Of a DNA stretch of 61,050 nucleotides, positions 19,946 to 28,443 are shown piece by piece (the first letter of the stretch is position 1; each line of letters begins with the position of its first letter). The translations under genes were made by a program, and so were the position numbers. The stretch comes from Candidatus Berkelbacteria bacterium (GTDB lineage Bacteria; Patescibacteriota; UBA1384; XYA2-FULL-43-10; CAINNR01), in contig JAPLVG010000023.1 of NCBI GenBank assembly GCA_026397235.1, positions 1 through 61,050 of the forward strand, given 5' to 3'. Under the pieces are notes generated by a model. The model was not told where the DNA came from, searched no databases, and was given only the letters and a program-made list of their open reading frames with translations.

Positions 19946-19953
19946 AGTCAGAG
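19875..19953. repeat. Full heptamer palindromic array overlapping the rplW 3' end
   Basis: CACAGAT 19875, CACAGAA, CACAGAA; then AGTCAGTG, AGTCAGTG, AGTCAGAG ending at 19953; the rplW stop (19943-19945) lies between reverse units 2 and 3. Confidence 0.85.
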
Positions 19954-19976
19954 TTAGAATTACAATAAAAAACATT

Positions 19977-20804
19977 ATGGCAATTAGAAAATTAAAACCA
20001 AATATGAATTCACAGCGTGGCACAAGCTACTCAGATTTTTCGACTCTTTCAAAAGTCGCCGGTCCAAAGTCACTTCGAGCAATTTTAACCAAAAAAGCAG
20101 GTAGAAATAATACTGGTAGAATCACTGTGGCCCACCGTGGTGGCGGATCAAAGCGATTCTATCGAATCGTTAATTTTGGCACAATTTTAGAAGAATCTGC
20201 CAAAATTGTTGCAATCGAATATGACCCAAACCGCTCTGCTAATATTGCGCTTATCGAATACAGCAATGGCTCACAGGATTATATTCTTGCCCCAGAAAAG
20301 GCTATCGTTGGTACAAAAATCGAAAACAAGGAATTAACAGCTGTAAAACCTGGCAACCGAATGATTTTAAAGAACATTCCAGTTGGAACCGCCGTTCACA
20401 ATATTGAACTGCTTCCGGGCCAAGGTGGAAAACTTTGTCGCAGTGCTGGAAATTCCGCGACACTGCTTTCCATCGATGGCGACATTGCCCAGATTAAACT
20501 CCCTTCATCTGAGGTTCGCCGAATTTCATCGTTTTGCTTTGGTTCAATTGGAACTGTCGGAAACTCTGATACAATGAATAAAGCAGTAGGACGTGCTGGA
20601 AGAACCCGTCACATGGGAATTCGTCCGACTGTTCGCGGTAAAGCCAAAAACCCTTGCGATCATCCACATGGTGGTGGTGAAGGAAATACTTCAATCGGTT
20701 TAACACATCCAAAAACACCATGGGGTATGCCAGCATTGGGTTACAGAACTAGAAATAAAAAAAAGAAATCAAAGTTGATGATAATTAAACGCAGGAGCAA
20801 ATAA
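19977..20804 (+). CDS. rplB: 50S ribosomal protein L2
   Basis: 275 aa; [17 protein letters not shown] motif. Confidence 0.97.
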   Translation: MAIRKLKPNMNSQRGTSYSDFSTLSKVAGPKSLRAILTKKAGRNNTGRITVAHRGGGSKRFYRIVNFGTILEESAKIVAIEYDPNRSANIALIEYSNGSQDYILAPEKAIVGTKIENKELTAVKPGNRMILKNIPVGTAVHNIELLPGQGGKLCRSAGNSATLLSIDGDIAQIKLPSSEVRRISSFCFGSIGTVGNSDTMNKAVGRAGRTRHMGIRPTVRGKAKNPCDHPHGGGEGNTSIGLTHPKTPWGMPALGYRTRNKKKKSKLMIIKRRSK

Positions 20805-21097
20805 TGTCGAGGTCACTTAAAAAAGGTCCATACATTGACGAGCGACTTTTGAAAAAAGTTGTCGAATCGAAAAAAGCTTCTGGCCGCATTATTGTTAAAA
20901 CCTGGTCAAGAGCATGCGCAATTTCACCAGAAATGGTTGGCGCCACAATCGGGGTTCACAATGGTCGCGAACATACACCGGTTTTAATTGTCGAAGATAT
21001 GATAGGTCACAAACTCGGTGAATTTTCTCCGACCAGAAAATTCCGCCGACATGGTGGCAAAATGGCTAAGGATCAAGCGGTTGAGGAGAAAAAATAG
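20804..21097 (+). CDS. rpsS: 30S ribosomal protein S19
   Basis: 97 aa; [12 protein letters not shown]..., GVHNGREH motif. Confidence 0.97.
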   Translation: MSRSLKKGPYIDERLLKKVVESKKASGRIIVKTWSRACAISPEMVGATIGVHNGREHTPVLIVEDMIGHKLGEFSPTRKFRRHGGKMAKDQAVEEKK

Positions 21098-21106
21098 CAT
21101 AAGGAA

Positions 21107-21192
21107 GTGTCCAGCCACAGATTTATGTCACAAATTGACACAAATAATACCAAATCTGTGAAAATCTGTGGTAAAGATTTGTGGCTATACAC
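21107..21192. repeat. Full heptamer palindromic array with extended outer stem upstream of rplV
   Basis: GTGTCCAGCCACAGAT...CACAAAT 21129...CACAAAT 21139 / ATCTGTG 21154, ATCTGTG 21164, ATTTGTGGCTATACAC (21177-21192); spacers 6/3 and 3/6. Confidence 0.9.
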
Positions 21193-21204
21193 TACAAAAA
21201 TAAT

Positions 21205-21594
21205 ATGGAAATTAAAGTTAAAAGTAAATATTTGCGGATTTCTCCCCGAAAACTTCGGCCGGTTGTTAACTTTGTACGTGGAATGAACGCAATCGAGGCT
21301 AAATCAAAATTAAAGTTTCAGCCAAACAAGGGCGCAAATATGATTGTTAGCTTAATCGACAACGCCATGTCAGTAGTAAAAAGCGGAGATATGGCATCAG
21401 AGTCATTTTATGTAGCAGCTATTGCTTGCGGCGACGGCCCAAGACTAAAACGTGGCACACCGGTATCGAAAGGCAGAATGGCGCCGATTGTCAAAAGACA
21501 ATCTCACATGACTTTGACACTTTCAGATCAAGCACCTAAGTTACCAAAGAAACTTAAGGCACCTAAGGAGACCCCAAATGGGACAAAAAGTTAA
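21205..21594 (+). CDS. rplV: 50S ribosomal protein L22
   Basis: ATG at 21205 gives MEIKVKSKYLRISPRKLRPV...; the ORF-track GTG start at 21181 lies in the repeat array. Confidence 0.93.
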   Translation: MEIKVKSKYLRISPRKLRPVVNFVRGMNAIEAKSKLKFQPNKGANMIVSLIDNAMSVVKSGDMASESFYVAAIACGDGPRLKRGTPVSKGRMAPIVKRQSHMTLTLSDQAPKLPKKLKAPKETPNGTKS

Positions 21595-22237
21595 TCCAAC
21601 AAGCTGGAGAATCAAAATAAACGAGACCTGGAAGTCCCGCTGGTTTGGTGGCGCAAAATATGCTGAAATGCTGCACGAGGATTTGGCAATTCGAAAATAT
21701 ATTATGACCGAGTATAAATCTGCTGCCATTTCTCGCGTTGAAATTGACCGAGATGCCAATAAAATCACTGTTGCCATCAAAACTGCCCGTCCTGGTGTTA
21801 TTATCGGCAAAGGTGGAGCTGGAGCCAGTAAAATTAAAGAAGGAATTGAAAAATTGCTTCGTGGTAGCAAAGTTAAAATCAATATTGAAGAAATCAGAAA
21901 TCCAGACGCAGATGCCAATGTTGTTGCTCAGAACATCGCCAATCAATTGGAAAAGCGAATGCCTTATCGCCGGGCAATGAAACAAGCAATCGAAAAAGCC
22001 GGTCAATCAAACGTCAAAGGTATTAAAGTTCAAATTTCAGGTCGCTTGAACGGTGCCGAAATCGCTCGGAGTGAAAAAGCCATTTCCGGACTTGTCCCAC
22101 TTTCAACCCTAAAAAGCCAAATCGATTATGCCTATGTGCCAGCACAAACAACTTTCGGCGTTATTGGTATTAAGGTTTGGATTTATAAAGGCGATACACA
22201 GAAATTCGATATGCACACCGGTTACGAAAGTAAATAA
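21578..22237 (+). CDS. rpsC: 30S ribosomal protein S3
   Basis: 219 aa; MGQKVNPTSWR..., KH domain, GRLNGAEIAR motif. Confidence 0.97.
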   Translation: MGQKVNPTSWRIKINETWKSRWFGGAKYAEMLHEDLAIRKYIMTEYKSAAISRVEIDRDANKITVAIKTARPGVIIGKGGAGASKIKEGIEKLLRGSKVKINIEEIRNPDADANVVAQNIANQLEKRMPYRRAMKQAIEKAGQSNVKGIKVQISGRLNGAEIARSEKAISGLVPLSTLKSQIDYAYVPAQTTFGVIGIKVWIYKGDTQKFDMHTGYESK

Positions 22238-22259
22238 AATAATAAAAGGAAAACACCAC

Positions 22260-22325
22260 CACAGATTTTATTCACAGATTGACACAGAAAAATGAATCGG
22301 TGAATATCAGTGAAATAGATCAGTG
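22260..22325. repeat. Full heptamer palindromic array upstream of rplP
   Basis: CACAGAT 22260, CACAGAT 22273, CACAGAA 22283; ATCGGTG 22296, ATCAGTG 22306, ATCAGTG 22319; spacers 6/3 and 3/6. Confidence 0.9.
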
Positions 22326-22342
22326 GAAGTGAAATCAATATT

Positions 22343-22750
22343 ATGTTGTTACCAAAGAAAATGAAACATCGCAAACAACATCGGGGAAAACTACCTGGCA
22401 ATGCCACGCGAGGTTTTGAAATTAACTTTGGTTCATATGCCATTAAAACACTGGAACGCGGTTGGATTTCTGCCCGTCAAATCGAAGCCGCGCGTCGTGC
22501 CATGACCCGCTATATCAAACGCGGTGGCCAAATTTGGATTCGAATCTTTCCAGACAAACCAGTTACACTGACATCAGCTGAGACTCCAATGGGTTCAGGC
22601 AAAGGCGCAGTTGATCACTTTGTTGCAACAGTAAAACCCGGGACCATTCTATTTGAAATGGATGGAGTCGCACCGGAAGTTGCTAAGGAAGCTATGCGGT
22701 TGGCGGCATATAAACTTAGTGTCAAAACTAAATTCTTGGTTAAAGAATAA
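22343..22750 (+). CDS. rplP: 50S ribosomal protein L16
   Basis: 135 aa; [15 protein letters not shown]..., RMGSGKG-type motif (PMGSGKGAV). Confidence 0.97.
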   Translation: MLLPKKMKHRKQHRGKLPGNATRGFEINFGSYAIKTLERGWISARQIEAARRAMTRYIKRGGQIWIRIFPDKPVTLTSAETPMGSGKGAVDHFVATVKPGTILFEMDGVAPEVAKEAMRLAAYKLSVKTKFLVKE

Positions 22751-22843
22751 GGAATCCAGCTCTTTCATGGGCTGTAATAAAAATAACATCAAAATTATGA
22801 ACATCATCAAATTCAATATAGTAAATTCAACCGAAAGGGCTGG

Positions 22844-23050
22844 ATGAGCAGAGAAAGAATTGAAAAACTAAAAAACATGAAACCAGCGGAGCTTGAAAAA
22901 GAGCGCGGAGTTTTAGTAGCCCATATTCTTGCTTTGCGTGTCGATATTGCTAATCACAAAACCAAGGGAATCCACAAAATTAAGCAAATGAAACGCGATA
23001 TTGCTCGAATCAATACTATTGCCACAATGCGAAAGGAAATCAATGACTAA
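22844..23050 (+). CDS. rpmC: 50S ribosomal protein L29
   Basis: 68 aa; helical L29-like sequence in the canonical position between rplP and rpsQ. Confidence 0.9.
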   Translation: MSRERIEKLKNMKPAELEKERGVLVAHILALRVDIANHKTKGIHKIKQMKRDIARINTIATMRKEIND

Positions 23051-23300
23051 TGAAAAAGCAAAATCTGGGAAAACGCTTAACGGAACAGTTGTTTCAATTG
23101 CAATGAACAAAACAGTGGTTCTTGATGTTGAGAGATCGAAAACCCATCGTCTTTATGGCAAGAGTTTTACAGTTAATACAAAGATAAAGGCCCACAACGA
23201 ATTTGAAAACGTAGCAATTGGTGACACAGTTACAATTACCGAAACCAGACCAATTTCCAAAGAAGTAGCATTCAAAGTTATTAAAGTGGGTGAGAAATGA
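23043..23300 (+). CDS. rpsQ: 30S ribosomal protein S17
   Basis: ATG at 23043 (ATGA overlap with the rpmC stop) gives [18 protein letters not shown]...; S17 OB-fold sequence. Confidence 0.93.
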   Translation: MTNEKAKSGKTLNGTVVSIAMNKTVVLDVERSKTHRLYGKSFTVNTKIKAHNEFENVAIGDTVTITETRPISKEVAFKVIKVGEK

Positions 23301-23662
23301 TCCAGCCAGGAACACGACTAATCGTAGCTGACAATAGTGGCGCAAAGGTTGTCGAATGCATCACCACACTTTTTAATTCCAGCCGTGATAAAGCTCACAT
23401 TGGCCAGGTAATTTCTGCATCAGTCAAATCAGCAACACCACGAGCTGGCGTAAAGAAAAAAGAGATTGTTCGTGCCGTTATTGTCCGACAAGCCGCACCT
23501 TTTGGTCGCCCAGATGGCTCGACAATCAAATTCTCTGAAAATGCTGTTGTGATTGTCGATAAAGATGGAAATCCACGTGGAACGCGCGTATTTGGCCCAA
23601 TCCCACGGGAACTTCGAGATGGTTTTATGAAAATAATTTCCTTAGCACCAGAGGTAGTATAA
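23297..23662 (+). CDS. rplN: 50S ribosomal protein L14
   Basis: 121 aa; [17 protein letters not shown]... Confidence 0.97.
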   Translation: MIQPGTRLIVADNSGAKVVECITTLFNSSRDKAHIGQVISASVKSATPRAGVKKKEIVRAVIVRQAAPFGRPDGSTIKFSENAVVIVDKDGNPRGTRVFGPIPRELRDGFMKIISLAPEVV

Positions 23663-23665
23663 CCA

Positions 23666-23696
23666 CACAGATTTATTACACAGAATTAACACAGAA
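23666..23696 (+). repeat. Heptamer array, forward arm only, upstream of rplX
   Basis: CACAGAT 23666, CACAGAA 23679, CACAGAA 23690. Confidence 0.8.
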
Positions 23697-23709
23697 AAAA
23701 TAAAATATT

Positions 23710-24072
23710 ATGAAGATAAGAAAAAATGACAATGTATCAGTAATAGCAGGCAAAGACCGTGGCAAAACCGGTGTAGTTGAGCGTGTTTTCCTAGCCGATG
23801 ACAAAATTGTTGTTACCGGTATTGCTGTTTACAAAAAAAGTGTCAAACCTACCCGCAGAGCCCCAAAAGGTGGAATTATTGAAGTAAATGCCAAAATTCC
23901 TGTTAGTAATGTTGCCATCATCTGCCCCAGCTGTTCAAAAATCACAAAAATTGGTTATTCCGTTTCCGGCGACCTGCCTGCCCTGCCTGCCGGCAGGCAG
24001 GCGGTAAGGCACGGTAAAAAGATTCGTATTTGCAAAAAATGCAAAGCTAGTCTAGAGGTTGAAAAGAAGTAA
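23710..24072 (+). CDS. rplX: 50S ribosomal protein L24 (with CxxC...CxxC and an in-frame palindrome insertion)
   Basis: 120 aa; KOW motif (KIRKNDNVSVIAGKDRGKTG); CPSC...CKKC; extra DLPALPAGRQAVRH segment encoded by a GC-rich palindrome. Confidence 0.93.
   Translation: MKIRKNDNVSVIAGKDRGKTGVVERVFLADDKIVVTGIAVYKKSVKPTRRAPKGGIIEVNAKIPVSNVAIICPSCSKITKIGYSVSGDLPALPAGRQAVRHGKKIRICKKCKASLEVEKK
23971..24001. repeat. GC-rich perfect 20-bp palindrome (plus partial tandem copy) inside rplX
   Basis: CCTGCCTGCC|GGCAGGCAGG at 23982-24001, preceded by a partial tandem copy CCTGCCTGC (23973-23981) that abuts it; in frame. Confidence 0.9.
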
Positions 24073-24073
24073 T

Positions 24074-24652
24074 ATGACAAACTTAAGAACCCGCTACAAC
24101 CAGGAAATGAAAAAAACCCTCAGGGAAGAATTCGGATATAAGAACGATTTTCAAATTCCGAAAATCACCAAAGTTAGCATCAACATGGGTCTTGGTGAGG
24201 CAAAAGATTCCGAAGAAATTCTTAAGAACGCAATTTCCGCCATGGAGCAAATCACTGGACAAAAACCAAGAATTAACAAATCTCGTAAATCAATTTCTGG
24301 TTTTAAACTTCGCGAAGGTCAAATTGTCGGAATTTCAGTTACACTTCGCGGCGATAGAATGTTTGATTTCATTGAAAGGTTAACTACTGTTGCACTTCCT
24401 CGCATTCGAGATTTCCGCGGTGTAAACGACAAAAGCTTCGACAAATGCGGCAATTTTTCACTCGGAATCCGCGAACACATTATTTTTCCGGAAATCAAAT
24501 TTGATCAAGTAAAAAATTCAATCTGCTTGCAAGTAAATATTTCGACAACTGCCAAAGATCAAGCAGAAGGAAAAAGACTGTTGGAACTTTTTGGCTTTCC
24601 TTTTAACAAAAAAGCAGCCCCTGGGGTAAAGACTGGAGAACAAAATGGCTAG
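24074..24652 (+). CDS. rplE: 50S ribosomal protein L5
   Basis: ATG at 24074, 1 nt after the rplX stop; [11 protein letters not shown]..., typical L5. Confidence 0.95.
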   Translation: MTNLRTRYNQEMKKTLREEFGYKNDFQIPKITKVSINMGLGEAKDSEEILKNAISAMEQITGQKPRINKSRKSISGFKLREGQIVGISVTLRGDRMFDFIERLTTVALPRIRDFRGVNDKSFDKCGNFSLGIREHIIFPEIKFDQVKNSICLQVNISTTAKDQAEGKRLLELFGFPFNKKAAPGVKTGEQNG

Positions 24653-24830
24653 AGAAGCGTTGGTTGTAAAAGCAAATAGAAAACCAAAATTTTCAACACG
24701 AATAGTAAGACGTTGCCGTGTTTGTGGTCGTAGACGCGGATATTATAGAAAATTCCAAGTATGCCGAATCTGCTTGCGAGAAATCGCTGGCCGTGGTGAG
24801 CTTCCTGGTGTAACAAAATCTTCATGGTAA
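24645..24830 (+). CDS. rpsN: 30S ribosomal protein S14, short zinc-binding type
   Basis: 61 aa; [20 protein letters not shown] (CxxC...CxxC). Confidence 0.95.
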   Translation: MAREALVVKANRKPKFSTRIVRRCRVCGRRRGYYRKFQVCRICLREIAGRGELPGVTKSSW

Positions 24831-24852
24831 ATAATAAGGAAGTAAAAACTCT

Positions 24853-24922
24853 CACAGATCAATTGTCACAGATGAACACAGATAAGAAAAAATCAGTGAA
24901 TATCAGTGTTGACAGATCAGTG
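24853..24922. repeat. Full heptamer palindromic array upstream of rpsH
   Basis: CACAGAT 24853, 24867, 24877; ATCAGTG 24892, 24902, 24916; spacers 7/3 and 3/7. The 5' half, including AATAAGGAAGTAAAAACT, is ~90% identical to the array at 58181. Confidence 0.9.
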
Positions 24923-24959
24923 AAAGTTTATATTACATTTTAGAATAAAGAGAGACAAC

Positions 24960-25337
24960 ATGGATCCAATAGCTGACATGCTAACAACAATTCGAAACAA
25001 CATGGCTGCTGGTAACGAGCAGGCACTAGTTCCACATTCCAAACTGAAACTAGCTGTTTTGGAGCTTTTGAAGCTGAAACAAATCATTGATGGTTTTGAA
25101 GTCGAAGAAATCGAATTCAAAAAAATGATCAAAGTTTCAGTCAAACGAAGCAATATTTTGCCTCACTTAAAGCGAATTTCTAAACCGGGACGTCGTGTTT
25201 TTGTAAAAGCTAAAGATATCAAAGCTCCGCTTTCTGGTCTTGGCTTCGTTATTGTTTCCACTCCAAAGGGGATACTAACAGGCGCACAAGCGAAAAAGAT
25301 TGGTGTTGGCGGTGAATTAATCTGTGAGGTTTGGTAG
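24960..25337 (+). CDS. rpsH: 30S ribosomal protein S8
   Basis: 125 aa; MDPIADMLTTIRN... Confidence 0.96.
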   Translation: MDPIADMLTTIRNNMAAGNEQALVPHSKLKLAVLELLKLKQIIDGFEVEEIEFKKMIKVSVKRSNILPHLKRISKPGRRVFVKAKDIKAPLSGLGFVIVSTPKGILTGAQAKKIGVGGELICEVW

Positions 25338-25339
25338 AA

Positions 25340-25416
25340 CACTGACCAATCCCACTGATTTAGCACTGATAAATGAATTCTTTGGTCAGTGAAAAGTCAG
25401 TGTAGATAAGTCAGTG
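25340..25416. repeat. Full heptamer palindromic array (CACTGAC/GTCAGTG words) upstream of rplF
   Basis: CACTGAC 25340, CACTGAT 25353, CACTGAT 25364; GTCAGTG 25385, 25396, 25410; here all 7 positions can pair (one G-U). Confidence 0.9.
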
Positions 25417-25443
25417 TTAGAATAATCAATTAATGGAATTATC

Positions 25444-25989
25444 ATGTCAAGAGTAGGAAATAAAATTATCATCATTCCCGAAGGCGTAACAGTTGTTAAC
25501 AGTGGCGCTAAAGTAACTGTAACTGGGCCAAAAGGCACAAGCGATTTTACTTTGTCCGAAGGAATTACAGTCAAAGCTGAAGATGGTGAAGTCAAAGTTT
25601 CCCGCCGCGATAATAGCAAAATTCAGAGATCACTTCGTGGTACCAGTGCGCGAGTAATTGGAAACATTATCACTGGGCTTTCTACCGGCTTTGTCCGCAG
25701 GCTAGATTTCAAAGGTGTTGGTTTTACCATTGTTGTTGAAGGGAATATTATGACCATGCGTTTGGGTTACTCTCACCCGGTGATTCTTAACATCCCAGAA
25801 GGCATTACAGTGACGGTTGTCAAAAGCGCTATCAATATTGAAGGCTCGAGCAAAGAAGCCGTTGGTGCGTTTGCTGCCAAACTTAGAGATACCAAAAAAC
25901 CGGAAGTTTATAAAGGTAAAGGTATCAAATATCACGAAGAAATTATTAGAAAGAAGGCCGGAAAAGCCGCTCAGGCAACAGCAAAATAA
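25444..25989 (+). CDS. rplF: 50S ribosomal protein L6
   Basis: 181 aa; MSRVGNKIIIIPEGV... Confidence 0.96.
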   Translation: MSRVGNKIIIIPEGVTVVNSGAKVTVTGPKGTSDFTLSEGITVKAEDGEVKVSRRDNSKIQRSLRGTSARVIGNIITGLSTGFVRRLDFKGVGFTIVVEGNIMTMRLGYSHPVILNIPEGITVTVVKSAINIEGSSKEAVGAFAAKLRDTKKPEVYKGKGIKYHEEIIRKKAGKAAQATAK

Positions 25990-25998
25990 GGAAATAAT

Positions 25999-26325
25999 AT
26001 GGCATTAAAGATACAAAGAAAAAAACGAATAACCAATAAAATCACTGCTAACTCTGCGCGACCTCGCATGGTTATTTTCCGATCAAACAAAGAAATCTAT
26101 GCTTCAATTATCGATGATTCTGGTAAAGTTATTGCCGCTTCCTCTAGCCTAAAAGTAAGTGAAAAAAATAAAACTAAGGCTGCTGAACTTGTCGGTGCCG
26201 ATATCGCTGCACGTGCCAAGGAGAAAAAAGTTTTAGAAATTGTTTTTGATCGTCGCGGATACCGTTATCACGGACGAGTTGCGGCATTGGCCGAAGCTGC
26301 CCGAAAAGCCGGACTAAAATTCTAA
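25999..26325 (+). CDS. rplR: 50S ribosomal protein L18
   Basis: 108 aa; RPRMVIFRSNKEIYASIID..., FDRRGYRYHGRV motif. Confidence 0.93.
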   Translation: MALKIQRKKRITNKITANSARPRMVIFRSNKEIYASIIDDSGKVIAASSSLKVSEKNKTKAAELVGADIAARAKEKKVLEIVFDRRGYRYHGRVAALAEAARKAGLKF

Positions 26326-26361
26326 TGGCGCTCAGCGCCATATTAACCACGCTCAGCGTGG
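26326..26361. repeat. Twin GC-rich mini-hairpins in the rplR-rpsE spacer
   Basis: TGGCGC tca GCGCCA (26326-26340) and CCACGC tca GCGTGG (26347-26361), same loop. Confidence 0.8.
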
Positions 26362-26373
26362 AAGGATAATATT

Positions 26374-27090
26374 ATGGATAAACCAAGAAGAGAAAGAAAA
26401 GATCGCAACGACCAAGGCTCAGAATTTGAAGAGCGGGTAGTTGAAATTTCCCGCGTTTCCCGCGTGGTTAAAGGTGGCCGCAGAATTCGTTTCCGTGTTC
26501 TCATTGTTATTGGTGATAAAAAAGGCAAAATTGGTTACGGCATTGCTAAGGGCAATGAAATTGCCGTTGCGGTTAAAAAAGCTGTTTCCTTTGCTAAGAA
26601 AAAAATGATTATCGTTCCTGTGGTAAATGACACCATTCCATACGAAGTCAACCAAACTCTTGGAAGCGCTCGTGTATTTCTAAAACCAGCAGCCCAAGGT
26701 ACGTCAGTCGTTGCTGGTGGTGTTGTCCGCGTCATCGCTGAACTTTCTGGAATCAAAAACCTGCTGTCAAAAACTATTGGTACATCAAATAAAGTAAATA
26801 ATGTAAAAACTGTTTTCTTGGCACTTTCTAGTTTTGATCCAGCAAAAGTTGAAATCGTTAAAAAGCGATATGCGGATAAAAAGGTAGAAACTACACTGAT
26901 TGTTGACACGGAATTGGACACAGAAAAACAGCCGATTGTAGAAGTTGCGCCTCAGTCAAAGGTTGATGGGTCTATGACCCAAGTTGCTGATATTGCTGAA
27001 GCAGGTGCCGAAGTTATTCCAGCTGAAGCAAAAGCTGAAAAAACAGAAAAGTCAAAAAAGATCGTAAAATCAAAGGCTGTTAAGAAATAA
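26374..27090 (+). CDS. rpsE: 30S ribosomal protein S5 with ~70-aa C-terminal extension
   Basis: 238 aa; S5 core (VSRVVKGGRRIRFRVLIVIGD..., GTSVVAGG); the extension begins at a heptamer half-array. Confidence 0.95.
   Translation: MDKPRRERKDRNDQGSEFEERVVEISRVSRVVKGGRRIRFRVLIVIGDKKGKIGYGIAKGNEIAVAVKKAVSFAKKKMIIVPVVNDTIPYEVNQTLGSARVFLKPAAQGTSVVAGGVVRVIAELSGIKNLLSKTIGTSNKVNNVKTVFLALSSFDPAKVEIVKKRYADKKVETTLIVDTELDTEKQPIVEVAPQSKVDGSMTQVADIAEAGAEVIPAEAKAEKTEKSKKIVKSKAVKK
26894..26925 (+). repeat. Heptamer array, forward arm only, inside rpsE
   Basis: CACTGAT 26894, CACGGAA 26907, CACAGAA 26919; translated ...TLIVDTELDTEK... Confidence 0.75.
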
Positions 27091-27134
27091 AGTTAGTAAG
27101 TTAGTAAAGTTCGTAATTTGGTAGGAGATATTGC

Positions 27135-27602
27135 ATGAAGTTACATGAATTAAAAAAAGTTGATAAAACAGTAAACCGCAAGCGAGTTGGCCGCGGTATT
27201 TCTGCTGGTGGCGGGAAAACTGCTGGTCGCGGTACTAAAGGCCAAAATTCTCGTTCCGGTCACAATATCCCACGAAAATTTGAAGGTGGCCAAACACCTC
27301 TGGCCATGCGTTTGCATAAACTCAAAGGTTTCAAAAGTTTGAAAGCCGATAAAATCGTCGTCACACTAGATGAAATCTCGAAAAATTTTAAAGCTGGCGA
27401 AACCGTATCATCTGCAACGCTGATGGAAAAAGGATTGCTGAAAAAAGGCCAAAAGGCCAAAGTTCTGAATACTGGCACACTAACTGTTGCAATTAAACTA
27501 GCAGAAGATGTTTCTACCTCCGAATCTGTATTAGAAATTATCAACAAACCTCGGCCAAAGGCCGATCAGCCTATGGCTGAGAAAGTCTCGTCGACCAAAT
27601 AA
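27135..27602 (+). CDS. rplO: 50S ribosomal protein L15
   Basis: 155 aa; [21 protein letters not shown] motif; directly follows rpsE (no rpmD). Confidence 0.93.
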   Translation: MKLHELKKVDKTVNRKRVGRGISAGGGKTAGRGTKGQNSRSGHNIPRKFEGGQTPLAMRLHKLKGFKSLKADKIVVTLDEISKNFKAGETVSSATLMEKGLLKKGQKAKVLNTGTLTVAIKLAEDVSTSESVLEIINKPRPKADQPMAEKVSSTK

Positions 27603-27612
27603 ATAGTCTCTC

Positions 27613-27650
27613 AAAAAAAACTGGCCGAACTAATTAAGCCAGTTTTTTTT
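27613..27650 (+). terminator. Strong hairpin with flanking A8/T8 runs after rplO
   Basis: AAAAAAAACTGGC (27613-27625) / GCCAGTTTTTTTT (27638-27650). Confidence 0.75.
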
Positions 27651-27721
27651 GTACCTTGTTATTGAGTTTAGCGCACAAAAAGCGTACACTTTAGGCATAA
27701 ACTTGTCGATGCAAGATAATT

Positions 27722-28114
27722 ATGACTGATGAAATATTGAGCAAAATTGCAATCTTCCAGAAAAAAGAAATTCGCCGAGTCATTTTCAAAAATGAATGGT
27801 GGTTTGTGGTTGAAGACGTTGTTTTGGCATTGATCAACTCAAATGATCCAAAACAGTATATACAGCGTATGAAACTACGAGATTCCGAGTTAAGAAAAGG
27901 GTGGGTACAAATTGTACAGACCCTCCCGGTAGATACTCTTGGCGGTAAGCAGAAAATGGTTTGCGCCACAGCTGAGGGTTTGTTTCGCATTATTCAGTCT
28001 ATATCCTCGCCCAAAGCAGAACCGTTCAAACGCTGGCTAGCCAAAGTTGGTTACAAGCCTTCTCTCCCTGTCATTGCGAGCCATTTGTTTTTGTGTGAAG
28101 GCGCGGCAATCTAA
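27722..28114 (+). pseudogene. Bro-N-domain (antirepressor/DinD-like) gene, C-terminally truncated by the GIY-YIG element
   Basis: IAIFQKKEIRRVIFKNEWWFVVEDVVLAL...GGKQKMVCATAEGLFRII...AEPFKRWLAKV resembles Bro-N; the last ~20 codons (KPSLPVIASHLFLCEGAAI*) read into the GTCATTGCGAG repeat. Confidence 0.6.
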
Positions 28115-28441
28115 TAAATGAAATTAAAACGATATTATGTCTATTTGATGGTGAATCCTGCAAACTCTGTAATCTATGCCGGAGTCACAAACAATTTAAT
28201 TCGACGTGTGTTTGAACACAAGTGTAAGTTTATTGAGGGATTTACCAAAAAATACAATACAACAAAAGTAGTATATTGGGAGTGTTTTGATGATGTGAAA
28301 TCAGCCATAAATCGCGAGAAACAAATTAAATCAGGTTCCAGGCAAAAGAAAATTGATTTGATAATAAAACATAATCCCAAATTTAATGATTTGTACGGGG
28401 ATCTTTTGTAAGATTGCTTCGTCGTTCCTTCTCGCAATGAC
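28070..28441 (+). mobile_element. GTCAT...ATGAC hairpin element carrying a GIY-YIG ORF in its apical loop (filled copy)
   Basis: Outer arms GTCATTGCGAG (28070-28080) / CTCGCAATGAC (28431-28441); inner arms GGCAATCT (~28106-28113) / AGATTGC (28411-28417). The ORF lies exactly between the inner arms; an empty copy is at 56452-56555. Confidence 0.7.
28118..28411 (+). CDS. Small GIY-YIG nuclease-family protein
   Basis: 97 aa; YYVYLMV...VIYAGVTNNLIRRVFEHK...REKQIK matches the GIY-(x10)-YIG, R, E pattern. Confidence 0.85.
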   Translation: MKLKRYYVYLMVNPANSVIYAGVTNNLIRRVFEHKCKFIEGFTKKYNTTKVVYWECFDDVKSAINREKQIKSGSRQKKIDLIIKHNPKFNDLYGDLL

Positions 28442-28443
28442 GG

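Noticed and set aside
270-22006. Antisense or alternative-frame ORFs inside conserved genes (for example 270-545 -, 5267-5635 +, 7076-7504 +, 16850-17272 -, 21541-21918 -, 21563-22006 -, 26535-26921 -)
   Set aside because: Each is fully embedded in a gene with unambiguous family identity, has low-complexity or odd composition, and has no independent translation signals.
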